Source: a virus (lineage: Duplodnaviria; Caudoviricetes). Taken from it: a stretch of 64,000 nucleotides of DNA. Below the pieces are notes generated by a model. It was not told where the DNA came from and made no database searches. It was given only the letters and a program-made list of their open reading frames with translations. Of the stretch, positions 47,006-55,730 are shown one piece after another; the first letter of the stretch is position 1, and each line of letters opens with the position of its first letter. A program made the position numbers and the translations under genes. The stretch covers positions 188 to 64,187 of the IMG/VR virus record IMGVR_UViG_3300005607_000001; one strand, written 5' to 3'.

Positions 47006-47604
47006 ATTGCCCTCGCTCATATCTAAAATTTTATCCGTTTTCGCCACAAATCGACCTGGCACAAATTAACCTTCAACACGTGCCAAATAATGCGCGCAAT
47101 CGACCTGGCCCTTTTTAGAAATATTTTATCCATTGAAATTAACCTAAAACCCTCATCAAACACGTAACATATCTGCGACATACGCGTTAACCTAAAACCC
47201 TCACCAAATCTCTTACATTCCCTATCCTTTTCCACTTGACATTTAACACATTTTCACTTCCGCGTGATTTGAACAATTAACCCTAGGGCATTAACTCTTT
47301 TTCAACCTTTTGCAACGCACGAAATAAAACCTCAAACTCACATACAATGCGCGTTGAAGGTTTTACGGTGCGCGAACATGTGCCGCATAACAACCTATCA
47401 TACAACACCATACACATTAACCATCTTATAACTACGTCTACAACCCACCACCATATTAAAGTCAGCCTTCCCTAAGTGCTCAGGTCAGCCTTTACACAGA
47501 AACCCTAAGTCAGCCTTAGGTTAGTGCTCACTAAGTGCTTACGTCAGTGCTCACCTAAACGACACACATTACCCTTCCCTTCAACCCTCAACCCACAAAA
47601 CCCT

Positions 47605-47985
47605 ATGCCAATAACTCAAACTCGCATTCAAGGCCTTTTATCAGTCATTGAAAACATTCAAACCCGGATTGGACACTTACAACACGTAATACAAGCCCGC
47701 GCACAAGACGCGCGAATGCAAGCGGCAAATAACGCGAACAACGCAAGTGATGCAAGTGATGGAAATAATGCAAACAATACACCTTCACAAAACGTGATCT
47801 TAGATCTCTATAACGCAATCAATCAACTCGAAGACCTTATTGTTAACTGGGAATTCCTTTCACGCGAGGATTTCGAAATCTTCACGCGCGAAAAAGTGCA
47901 CTTTGAATTTGCACACAAACGCAACGATTACTCCCGGCGATATATGCAAAAGCGCCGAATGACGCTAAAAGGCAGTGATCAATGA
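47605..47985 (+). CDS. Hypothetical protein with Asn/Ala low-complexity insert
   Basis: ATG 47605; coupled to next ORF. Confidence 0.6.
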   Translation: MPITQTRIQGLLSVIENIQTRIGHLQHVIQARAQDARMQAANNANNASDASDGNNANNTPSQNVILDLYNAINQLEDLIVNWEFLSREDFEIFTREKVHFEFAHKRNDYSRRYMQKRRMTLKGSDQ

Positions 47986-48158
47986 TCAACGATCAATTCA
48001 TCGTATCTCTAACTCTAACTCTAATCCTCGCGTATCTTGTAATAAAACTCATTGACCTGATATTTAATCACAAACACAAAACCCTCTTGCGTACCATTTT
48101 CTTTCAACAAGCACTTTATGAGAAAATAACACGTCACATGCGGAATAAAACGCGCTGA
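47982..48158 (+). CDS. 58 aa membrane-anchored peptide (not in ORF track)
   Basis: ATGA overlap; N-terminal hydrophobic helix. Confidence 0.5.
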   Translation: MINDQFIVSLTLTLILAYLVIKLIDLIFNHKHKTLLRTIFFQQALYEKITRHMRNKTR

Positions 48159-48324
48159 AGGTTAGATAAAATGCCACCTTTTAATTAACCATACCAACCC
48201 TCCTTAACCTCTTGATAACCTTGTCACATTTCTTGCCTGTTAACCATCTTCCGCCCTTGCCATTCCTTAAAATCCATGCTTTAATTACTCTACCTATACC
48301 TACGTTCAGTATCCAGGATACACT

Positions 48325-48681
48325 ATGCCGGCAATCATTCTCACGTTATCTCCCGATTCCGCGCGCGTCATCGCGCGAGATGAGAATGGTCAGGAACTGA
48401 ACATTTCCGTTCCTGACCATTTTATTTGTCATTTGCGCACTCAACGCGCAAAAGAAATCGAACGTGAAAAAGCGCGTTCTACGCGGCAAAAGATTGCCGC
48501 GAAACATTCCCTTTCACGGCATTTTGGTCCGCAATACGCGGATCAAATCATTCCCTCGCCGCGGCTCAAACCGCGGCTCGAATCCGTGCGGAGTCTTAAA
48601 GACTTCGACCATCTGTTTGGTTTGGAAGATTTCCAAACCAAACAACAATCGCAACTTAGGAAAAAAGGACAAGTAAAGTGA
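48325..48681 (+). CDS. Hypothetical protein
   Basis: AGGA SD. Confidence 0.65.
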   Translation: MPAIILTLSPDSARVIARDENGQELNISVPDHFICHLRTQRAKEIEREKARSTRQKIAAKHSLSRHFGPQYADQIIPSPRLKPRLESVRSLKDFDHLFGLEDFQTKQQSQLRKKGQVK

Positions 48682-48857
48682 AGTCTGTTGACGACAAAGC
48701 GTCAGCCTTTGACGCGATCTTAAATCACGTGCGCGAGATGAAATCGCGTGGCGATTCTCATTTCAATCAATGGGAATCGTTGGTCGGTTTTTGGGTTGTC
48801 GGATTCCTTTCATCGGAATTGGAATCCGAAAATGAGGAGTCAAACAACGATGAATGA
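48678..48857 (+). CDS. 59 aa hypothetical protein (not in ORF track)
   Basis: GTGA overlap with upstream stop; fills the gap. Confidence 0.5.
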   Translation: MKSVDDKASAFDAILNHVREMKSRGDSHFNQWESLVGFWVVGFLSSELESENEESNNDE

Positions 48858-48927
48858 TTTCGTATTCGGTTTATGTCTGGGACTCGTCCTTGGCGTTTCC
48901 CTTTGCGGATTCATAGTAATCCTCTAA
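48850..48927 (+). CDS. 25 aa hydrophobic peptide
   Basis: GAGGAG SD; MNDFVFGLCLGLVLGVSLCGFIVIL. Confidence 0.45.
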   Translation: MNDFVFGLCLGLVLGVSLCGFIVIL

Positions 48928-48944
48928 GCACAAGGACAAACCCA

Positions 48945-50282
48945 ATGGATATTGATCATTTCAAAAAACTCCAAGAATTGGAGAAACTAATCGGTTGTCC
49001 ACCAGGTGGACAATGGCCAAGTTTAGGCTCTACAGAGCCACTTAAACAGTGGCTAAACCTGCAAGGCATACCATTCGCTTCACTTGAAAAAGTGAGCGAG
49101 TGGGCGATGAAACGGGCTTATCAAGAGCCCAAATATCTCGCCGGATGGTTGCGAAAACTTCGCGGATATACTCCGCGATCAAAATCGCGACTAAGAATTG
49201 ATCACTATCTTTCCGCAATCGATGACGTGATTGCGGAACGCAACGCGCAAACTAACGCGCAATTTTCACCTGAACCGTCATCGGATAATAATTCCGCGCA
49301 TAACAACAATCACACAACCGCCAACGTCGATGAGCAAGCACTCAAAGAATACATCGACCATAAATTCGATCGCTTGCCCGAATTGGTATCGAATACAATA
49401 AAAGAAATCGACTTCGCCTTAAACGAAAGATCTAAGGCGAAGATCATTGAACTTGTAACTCAAACCGCCCAAGCGGCGATCGAAAAACGTCGCGAAATTC
49501 GCGTCATTGACGATCAACGTCAAATATCACACGACGTTGGTCATCAACACAAAAACTTCGACCTATTGCTCAAAGTCTGCAGCACTCGTTTGCCGAACGG
49601 TTTTAGACCCAATATCTGGCTTACCGGTCCTACCGGTTCCGGCAAAACCCATGCCGTTGAAACCGTGGCCAAATGTTTATCCACGTCATTTCACGCCGAT
49701 TCATCCCTTGACGCGGATTACAAAATCACGGGTTTCATAGACGCCAATGGCAACTACCACACAACACAATTCCGTCAAGCGTTCGAAAACGGCGGGATAT
49801 ACCTCGCCGATGAAATCGACAATTGGGAACCAAGTGCATTGTTAGCCTTCAATGCACCGTTAGCCAATGGTTGGGGCATTTTCCCAGATAAACTCATCAA
49901 GCGGCATCCGGATTTTCTCTGTATTGCCTGCGCGAATACTTGGGGTTTAGGCGCGACAAGCGATTACGTCGGCCGCGCAAAACTTGACGCGGCGACCTTA
50001 AACCGCTTTATTCCCAAACTCGATTGGCCATATGACGAAGACCTGGAACATTCACTAGCCCTTTCATTCGGCGACGAATGGAACTGGGCTCGTAAGGTTC
50101 AAAAGTGCCGCGAATATGCGCGGATCAGCGGCACGAAAATCATCATTTCCACGCGTGATATCCTCACAGGCATCTCTCTTTTGCGCGTTGGTTTCCCACA
50201 AGATGAAGTCATCGCAATGACATTCTGTGCTGGCCTACCGCGCGAGCAACTGGATATCTATACCGCGTTGGTGAAACAATGA
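48945..50282 (+). CDS. MoxR/CbbQ-like AAA+ ATPase with N-terminal extension
   Basis: GPTGSGKT, YLADEID, RHPDF.CIACANT.G.G..YVGR..LDAATLNRF. Confidence 0.88.
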   Translation: MDIDHFKKLQELEKLIGCPPGGQWPSLGSTEPLKQWLNLQGIPFASLEKVSEWAMKRAYQEPKYLAGWLRKLRGYTPRSKSRLRIDHYLSAIDDVIAERNAQTNAQFSPEPSSDNNSAHNNNHTTANVDEQALKEYIDHKFDRLPELVSNTIKEIDFALNERSKAKIIELVTQTAQAAIEKRREIRVIDDQRQISHDVGHQHKNFDLLLKVCSTRLPNGFRPNIWLTGPTGSGKTHAVETVAKCLSTSFHADSSLDADYKITGFIDANGNYHTTQFRQAFENGGIYLADEIDNWEPSALLAFNAPLANGWGIFPDKLIKRHPDFLCIACANTWGLGATSDYVGRAKLDAATLNRFIPKLDWPYDEDLEHSLALSFGDEWNWARKVQKCREYARISGTKIIISTRDILTGISLLRVGFPQDEVIAMTFCAGLPREQLDIYTALVKQ

Positions 50283-51094
50283 TCAAAATCTATAACTCAA
50301 TCTCCGACGCCGTCGCCGAATCATTACGGTTCGGCGATGGCGAGATTTATTATCCTAAGTCTGACAGCAATGACCTCAAATGGTTCGGATATGAAACCCC
50401 GGAAAACACTCTACGTTTATCAAAAACCGGCAACGTGCAACTAGTTCCCGAGGCCGAAAAGGTTATTTCTCAACTCGAAACGCAATTAAACACCCCGCGC
50501 AAGGTTTGGCGCCGAAATGTCGCCGGTGCGTATGCATCGGTGCCGGATTACCTCGCCGGTTTACCGACCAATATGTGCGTCCTGCGCCATGAACCGACCG
50601 AACATTCACCTATAAACATCTACGTTCGACCTAATGCTAGTGCAGGTGTAACCGCGCAACAATTACAAAAACGCGGCACAGTTATACTTGCATTAGTCAT
50701 GGCACTGTCGCGGTCGCGACCGGTGTCATTGTGGTATTATTTCTGTGGCGATTCCAAGCACATGCAATCCCCACGCGATTACGCAAACCACACTGTAATC
50801 GCAATCCGAATTGAAACCGCACCATTAAACCTCGCCCAAGCTTGTTACCTTTTAACATCCGCCGGTTTTTATCGCCGGTTGTGTATGGGCTTGGGTCATA
50901 AACTCAACAAATTCATTGGCGGTCCGGTTGTTTCCCTGAACGTTTCACAAACAATTTGTTTCGACCTTATGGGAAACGATCCGGAAAGAACCTTAGTCAT
51001 TGGTCCTTCGACCCGTGACGACCCATTGTTGGAAAATCCCATACAATGGCTAAACGAGCAACTGAAAAAGTTCAACCCTCAAACTGGAGAGTAA
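50279..51094 (+). CDS. AAA partner protein, degenerate vWA-like
   Basis: Coupled to AAA gene; VAGAYASVPDYLAGLPTNM, ASAGV. Confidence 0.6.
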   Translation: MIKIYNSISDAVAESLRFGDGEIYYPKSDSNDLKWFGYETPENTLRLSKTGNVQLVPEAEKVISQLETQLNTPRKVWRRNVAGAYASVPDYLAGLPTNMCVLRHEPTEHSPINIYVRPNASAGVTAQQLQKRGTVILALVMALSRSRPVSLWYYFCGDSKHMQSPRDYANHTVIAIRIETAPLNLAQACYLLTSAGFYRRLCMGLGHKLNKFIGGPVVSLNVSQTICFDLMGNDPERTLVIGPSTRDDPLLENPIQWLNEQLKKFNPQTGE

Positions 51095-51096
51095 AA

Positions 51097-51417
51097 ATGA
51101 CATATGAACACGACTTCGAACTCGACGAACACGGTTTGATCATCGATTCCGGAAAGTTCGAAGGGCAACCCATTTGGGTGCCGTATTTCTTCGACTTCGC
51201 CGATGAGGGCGAAGTTCTCTCAACCCTCGAAGAGGGTTGTGGCGAGTATGTATCCCTCATCAAACTTGATAACGAGGACAAACAACGTTTTCTTGATCTC
51301 AAAGACGATCTTTACATCATCATCATTGAAACCGATGACGGATTCGCATCTGGTTACACACTAACCACAGAACAGGAGGCCGAGAATCTCCGAAAAGAAA
51401 TGCAGGAATATTACTGA
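51097..51417 (+). CDS. Very acidic hypothetical protein, paralog of 52594-52917
   Basis: GGAG SD; LDEHG.I...GKFEG..W.PYF. Confidence 0.75.
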   Translation: MTYEHDFELDEHGLIIDSGKFEGQPIWVPYFFDFADEGEVLSTLEEGCGEYVSLIKLDNEDKQRFLDLKDDLYIIIIETDDGFASGYTLTTEQEAENLRKEMQEYY

Positions 51418-51444
51418 GAACCACCTGAAAGAGGAGAAAGACAA

Positions 51445-52521
51445 ATGACTAGCAACATCATCGTATGTTTCGGCGCTTCAGATCCCGAGGCCGAATTGGC
51501 GGAAAAACTCTGCCACGAAGTCGGCATTGAAACCATCTACGCGGTCCATTCGGTGACACAGAAAAGAGTGTCACCAATGGTCGCGTACAGCGATTCTTGT
51601 CGCGTCGAAATTCCCTGTGACGTCGATCAACTTGTGTTGTTCGAATGTCGCCCGACGAATGTTCCGAACGACATTCACACATTCGTCATCGATCATCACA
51701 ACCCGGGCGATCCGGGTTTCGGAAAACCGGCAAATGAATTCCTACCGGCATCGTCAATTGGGCAATTGATATCATTTCTCGTTCTCAACCATCATTTGCC
51801 CAAGTCTTGGAATACCGGATTCCAAGGCGTTGCGAGTCGAAAATTCAGTCCACCGCGCGCGGGAAAATTAAGGTTCTTTCCGCGCGAAATGATTAAATAT
51901 GCCGGCTGGCAGGACGAAATCGAACTGCCTGAACTTGGTTGGACAATCGGCACCGGTAACGTGCAGTATCATCCGGATGATAACGAATATTGCGAACCAA
52001 TCGCTTACGAAACCATTCAGATCCCTGACGAATATTTGCTCGCCGCCGCCGCGGATCATTGCCTGACCGCTGCTTACAAAGGTCAATGTCCAGGTGTTGA
52101 TCCGCAACGTTTAATGATTTGGCGCGCAGAATCACGCGCCAAATACCAACGCCGCAAGGTTGAAGACGTTCTAAAAGACGTCGAATCCACAACACAAGCG
52201 CTGCTCAACGCGCAACGCGAATGCGCACACTGTGGATATCCCGAACCACAGTGCAAATGTCCGCAGCCGTTGTTAATTGCGGACATGACGCGCGCACTCG
52301 AAGATGGCGGCCCATATCCGGAACTTCCTGAAGCCGCGGCACGTATCGGCATCGGATATGTCGCCGGCCCAATGATTGCCGAAAGCCGAACCAAATACGT
52401 AATGTCTGGCACGCCGGACGAAGTTCGCGCATGGATTAATTCCGCAAGCGGATTTCTCATCGATATCTACGGCGATCCGGAACGCGGATTCGCCGGTGGA
52501 TATCTGCCACCGAACCACTAA
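51445..52521 (+). CDS. Hypothetical protein with DHH motif (phosphoesterase-like)
   Basis: GAGGAG SD; DPE, FVIDHH, AAADH. Confidence 0.7.
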   Translation: MTSNIIVCFGASDPEAELAEKLCHEVGIETIYAVHSVTQKRVSPMVAYSDSCRVEIPCDVDQLVLFECRPTNVPNDIHTFVIDHHNPGDPGFGKPANEFLPASSIGQLISFLVLNHHLPKSWNTGFQGVASRKFSPPRAGKLRFFPREMIKYAGWQDEIELPELGWTIGTGNVQYHPDDNEYCEPIAYETIQIPDEYLLAAAADHCLTAAYKGQCPGVDPQRLMIWRAESRAKYQRRKVEDVLKDVESTTQALLNAQRECAHCGYPEPQCKCPQPLLIADMTRALEDGGPYPELPEAAARIGIGYVAGPMIAESRTKYVMSGTPDEVRAWINSASGFLIDIYGDPERGFAGGYLPPNH

Positions 52522-52548
52522 ACCACTAACCACTACCCTCTAACCTTC

Positions 52549-52575
52549 AAGAGGCGATCTTTTGATCGCCTCTTT
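52549..52575 (+). terminator. Intrinsic terminator-like hairpin
   Basis: AAGAGGCGATC-TTTT-GATCGCCTCTTT. Confidence 0.7.
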
Positions 52576-52593
52576 ATCACACAAGGATCTGAA

Positions 52594-52917
52594 ATGACCG
52601 AATACAAACTCGATTGCGAATACAAACTTGATCGCTACGGGAAAATTAAAAACCTCGGCAAATATAAGGGCGAATACTTATGGTGCCCTTATTTTCACTC
52701 AATCGCTCACACGGGCGAAATCATTTCGAGGTTTGATGAAAACCACAAAGGTCGATTCATATCGCTAATCAAAGTCACGCCGGAACACGTCGAGAAATTT
52801 TCGGGCTTGCACCGCGCTATTCTCGTCGCAATTACTGAAACCGAAAACGGCAGCGTTTACGGTGAAGCGCTGTACAGCGACGATGAAATCGCTGAGTTTC
52901 GCAAATATCCCTGGTGA
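52594..52917 (+). CDS. Hypothetical protein, paralog of 51097-51417
   Basis: LDRYG.I...GKYKG..W.PYF. Confidence 0.75.
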   Translation: MTEYKLDCEYKLDRYGKIKNLGKYKGEYLWCPYFHSIAHTGEIISRFDENHKGRFISLIKVTPEHVEKFSGLHRAILVAITETENGSVYGEALYSDDEIAEFRKYPW

Positions 52918-52930
52918 AAGGATCCTCGAA

Positions 52931-53143
52931 ATGAAAAAGATCGAAACCGTTCGCGTGCACAAGGTTTGTGATTCCGTGGCAAATGACGCATCTTGGAACC
53001 GAAATGTTCGCCAATTAACAGAAGAGGCGAACAACGCACATCTCTACAATGGTCAAATCCGTTGGCCATTGTTGTCACTTATCACTCGTCGCACACTCGC
53101 GACGGATGATGAGAAACTAAACGCTCTGTTCCACATTAAATAA
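52931..53143 (+). CDS. Hypothetical protein
   Basis: AAGGA SD before ATG 52931. Confidence 0.55.
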   Translation: MKKIETVRVHKVCDSVANDASWNRNVRQLTEEANNAHLYNGQIRWPLLSLITRRTLATDDEKLNALFHIK

Positions 53144-53147
53144 CCTC

Positions 53148-53510
53148 ATGCCACGTCATTCCGAAATCGTAGGGGCGTTTTACCGCCCCTACGGAGAACT
53201 AATTCTTTCTCATCTCCCATTACACGCGGAGCTTTTTCTCGTACCTGAACCGACAAATCCCCACGACACAAACGCAATCGCGGTTTGGGTCTCATCCGAA
53301 GAAATCCTAAAATCACAATCTCAGTCCTTTGACGGACAAAATGATTTGGATCTTCTCAATACGGAGTTTCACCATATCGGATATTTACCGCGCACCGTGG
53401 CCGAAACGCTCAAACCTCAATGGCCACATGAAAACGGTGAACCACAATCAATCGCCGCATATTTCACCATACTTTCAACCGGCAAATATGGGGTGATTTT
53501 TGACCTCTAA
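53148..53510 (+). CDS. HIRAN-domain protein
   Basis: IVGAFYR, LVPEPTNPHDTNAIAV, HIGYLPR. Confidence 0.85.
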   Translation: MPRHSEIVGAFYRPYGELILSHLPLHAELFLVPEPTNPHDTNAIAVWVSSEEILKSQSQSFDGQNDLDLLNTEFHHIGYLPRTVAETLKPQWPHENGEPQSIAAYFTILSTGKYGVIFDL

Positions 53511-53523
53511 CGGAGGATAATTC

Positions 53524-53745
53524 ATGACCCTCGACCAGGCGCAAAAACACGCGCGCAATATGGCCCATTCACTGGGCATTGGGTTTAAGGTTCTCAAAGA
53601 CACCATAACCGAAAACTACATCATAACAACACTTTCCAGCGTCGAATATTCAAATTACGAGTTAATTTCCGTCATCACTCCGCCCGAGACCTCAAACCCC
53701 GTGGTTAACACTCACGGGCGCTTTAACCCTCACTCTAACCTTTAA
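53524..53745 (+). CDS. Hypothetical protein
   Basis: GGAGG SD. Confidence 0.65.
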   Translation: MTLDQAQKHARNMAHSLGIGFKVLKDTITENYIITTLSSVEYSNYELISVITPPETSNPVVNTHGRFNPHSNL

Positions 53746-53749
53746 CACC

Positions 53750-53965
53750 ATGTCAAACCTCACAAACCTTCAATCCTCCGAACTCGCGTCGTTGATTAAC
53801 ATTTCCAGCGGATCATTGATCACTGAACTTACAAAACGTGGCTACACCGTCTTCCCTACATCGCGCATCACAGAACACGATAACATGTGGTGCATAACCA
53901 AAACCTCCAAGGAACAACGCATAAAACGCGGCCGCATATCAAAACGCATATGGAAACCTCGCTAA
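53750..53965 (+). CDS. Hypothetical protein
   Basis: Operon packing. Confidence 0.55.
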   Translation: MSNLTNLQSSELASLINISSGSLITELTKRGYTVFPTSRITEHDNMWCITKTSKEQRIKRGRISKRIWKPR

Positions 53966-53979
53966 CCGGACCATTTCCC

Positions 53980-54240
53980 ATGAACCCTCAAACTTTCAAA
54001 GACCTCTCTCGCGTTAAACCCCGTGTTTGCCACTATTGTAAAAAGGAATTCCTACCACTTCCCAACGAACCGCGGAACAAATACAAAAACCGCAATCATT
54101 GCGGCGCTGAACGTTGTATATCACTTCACAACCAAAAACGTTCGCGGGTTCATGATAAACTTAAAATTCTCAAAGAATGGCCCGTGGACCCCAATGATCC
54201 GTTTCCATTTGCGAGGGGGAATTATGAAGGGCCGAATTGA
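53980..54240 (+). CDS. Small zinc-finger-like protein
   Basis: CHYCKKEF..HCGAERC. Confidence 0.6.
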   Translation: MNPQTFKDLSRVKPRVCHYCKKEFLPLPNEPRNKYKNRNHCGAERCISLHNQKRSRVHDKLKILKEWPVDPNDPFPFARGNYEGPN

Positions 54241-54271
54241 AGTGAGTTAGAGGTTTGACGACGGGCGGTTA

Positions 54272-54380
54272 ACGGCACACAAACGGCACATTCACGGCAC
54301 ATCTATTTGACGCCTATTGGACGCACGAAAATCTTGTGCCCGCTAACCGCCTTGCCTACAACCGACACATTCACGGCACA
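54272..54380. repeat. ACGGCACA direct repeats with 11 bp period
   Basis: Copies at 54272, 54283, 54294 and 54373; variant at 54362. Confidence 0.8.
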
Positions 54381-54386
54381 CAATTC

Positions 54387-54707
54387 ATGCATCTATACGA
54401 CACACATCGCCCGACCCTAAACTCTCATCCCGTATTCCTTTGCGGGACAATCATCCCGGGCCTAACCTTTTTCCCCAACGAGGACCCAAACCTCGTTACT
54501 CTCGAAGTGTTTCTGCCCATCGAAGGTTTCACCTGTAAGCGATTCGAGAAAGTGATTGCCGTGAACGATATCGCACATTTAATCCTCCAATTCACCCTCG
54601 ATCCCGAGCAAACGCTCGAGGAATTGTTTCACGACTCACCCATAAAACCCCAATTACGCAAACCGCGCGCAACGAATACATTCAGCGCGCTGTTTGACGC
54701 CCTATAA
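54387..54707 (+). CDS. Hypothetical protein
   Basis: ATG 54387; co-oriented. Confidence 0.6.
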   Translation: MHLYDTHRPTLNSHPVFLCGTIIPGLTFFPNEDPNLVTLEVFLPIEGFTCKRFEKVIAVNDIAHLILQFTLDPEQTLEELFHDSPIKPQLRKPRATNTFSALFDAL

Positions 54708-54721
54708 CCCGGTTTCATTCG

Positions 54722-55000
54722 ATGGACGAATTATTCCAGCGCCAACGGGCAATCGCGATTCTCGAACAAGCGGAAGCGAGCCCGTATGGAATTATCATCA
54801 CCGCGTCAGTCGCCCGCACTGATTCCCGCCCGGAAAAATCCGTGGCACTAAACGTCACCAGACGGGCGAAACTTTACCTCGCACAAATAATCCGCGAATT
54901 CAACTTCAACCTCATGCTCTTCTTCGATAAAGAGGATCCAGATAAATACCTATGGATCATCAAAAAACGGAGTGACGCCATGACGAACAACAGCAATTAA
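54722..55000 (+). CDS. Hypothetical protein
   Basis: Co-oriented ORF. Confidence 0.65.
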   Translation: MDELFQRQRAIAILEQAEASPYGIIITASVARTDSRPEKSVALNVTRRAKLYLAQIIREFNFNLMLFFDKEDPDKYLWIIKKRSDAMTNNSN

Positions 55001-55076
55001 CCGCGGATTCTAACACTCATTACGCGCGCCTCGAACATTTGATCTTTTACCTCTTTCATTCACGGACCCACGTCAA

Positions 55077-55274
55077 ATGCCTCGCTTAATGCCCGAACCC
55101 TTGGATCGAATTCACATTCGAATCCGTCGTTCGACGAACGAAAAACTACACGAAATGTTCGACAACACAGAACTCGGATGGACCGGGGCCATTCGGGAAA
55201 TCCTCGATCGTTTTGTCTACGAAAACGATATCAACCACAAACCCAAACTCGGAGCGTCGTTGGATGATCTCTGA
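55077..55274 (+). CDS. Ribbon-helix-helix-like DNA-binding protein
   Basis: RIHIRI alternating strand followed by two helices (AIREILDRFV). Confidence 0.55.
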   Translation: MPRLMPEPLDRIHIRIRRSTNEKLHEMFDNTELGWTGAIREILDRFVYENDINHKPKLGASLDDL

Positions 55275-55470
55275 ATTTCTCAGATTACTAGATGGCTCGA
55301 TCGACGAAATGCGTAAGATAATGCTCATCTATGCCACTGACCCGGATAATGACTTTTTCATCGACACGATGACGGCCATCGTTTTCCTAGAACTGATCCG
55401 GTCTCAGTTCATGACTCACTATACCAATAAGGAACACTTTCCATGTCCAGTGAATCAAAGGCCGTGTTGA
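55264..55470 (+). CDS. Hypothetical protein
   Basis: Fills the gap between neighbours. Confidence 0.5.
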   Translation: MISEFLRLLDGSIDEMRKIMLIYATDPDNDFFIDTMTAIVFLELIRSQFMTHYTNKEHFPCPVNQRPC

Positions 55471-55715
55471 AATCGATGCTAAAATCCAGCGTCGAACCCA
55501 CTACAATCCCCGATCCGGCGTCGATCGAAATCTTATTCGACCGGATTAATCAGAAGTTGTTGGATGGCGTTCCGGAATCAATCACCGACGAGGATCTAGA
55601 ACCCGTCGTTGCGATCTTGCGGCAAAAGCGCTTGGAATTCCTGGCCGATAACAACGCCCGGCCGAAACGCGTGAAAAAAGAGAAACCCCAATCCATTCTC
55701 TTCGACGACCTCTAA
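55443..55715 (+). CDS. Hypothetical protein
   Basis: Co-oriented ORF. Confidence 0.65.
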   Translation: MSSESKAVLKSMLKSSVEPTTIPDPASIEILFDRINQKLLDGVPESITDEDLEPVVAILRQKRLEFLADNNARPKRVKKEKPQSILFDDL

Positions 55716-55730
55716 AACAAGGCACACACC

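Noticed and set aside
46134-47520. Repeated elements as a possible CRISPR mini-array
   Set aside because: Repeats are terminators or short pairs with irregular spacing; no constant repeat-spacer period and no cas operon
48008-48025. CTAACT tandem repeat as a member of the intergenic repeat family
   Set aside because: It lies inside the 47982-48158 ORF and encodes LTLTL of a hydrophobic helix
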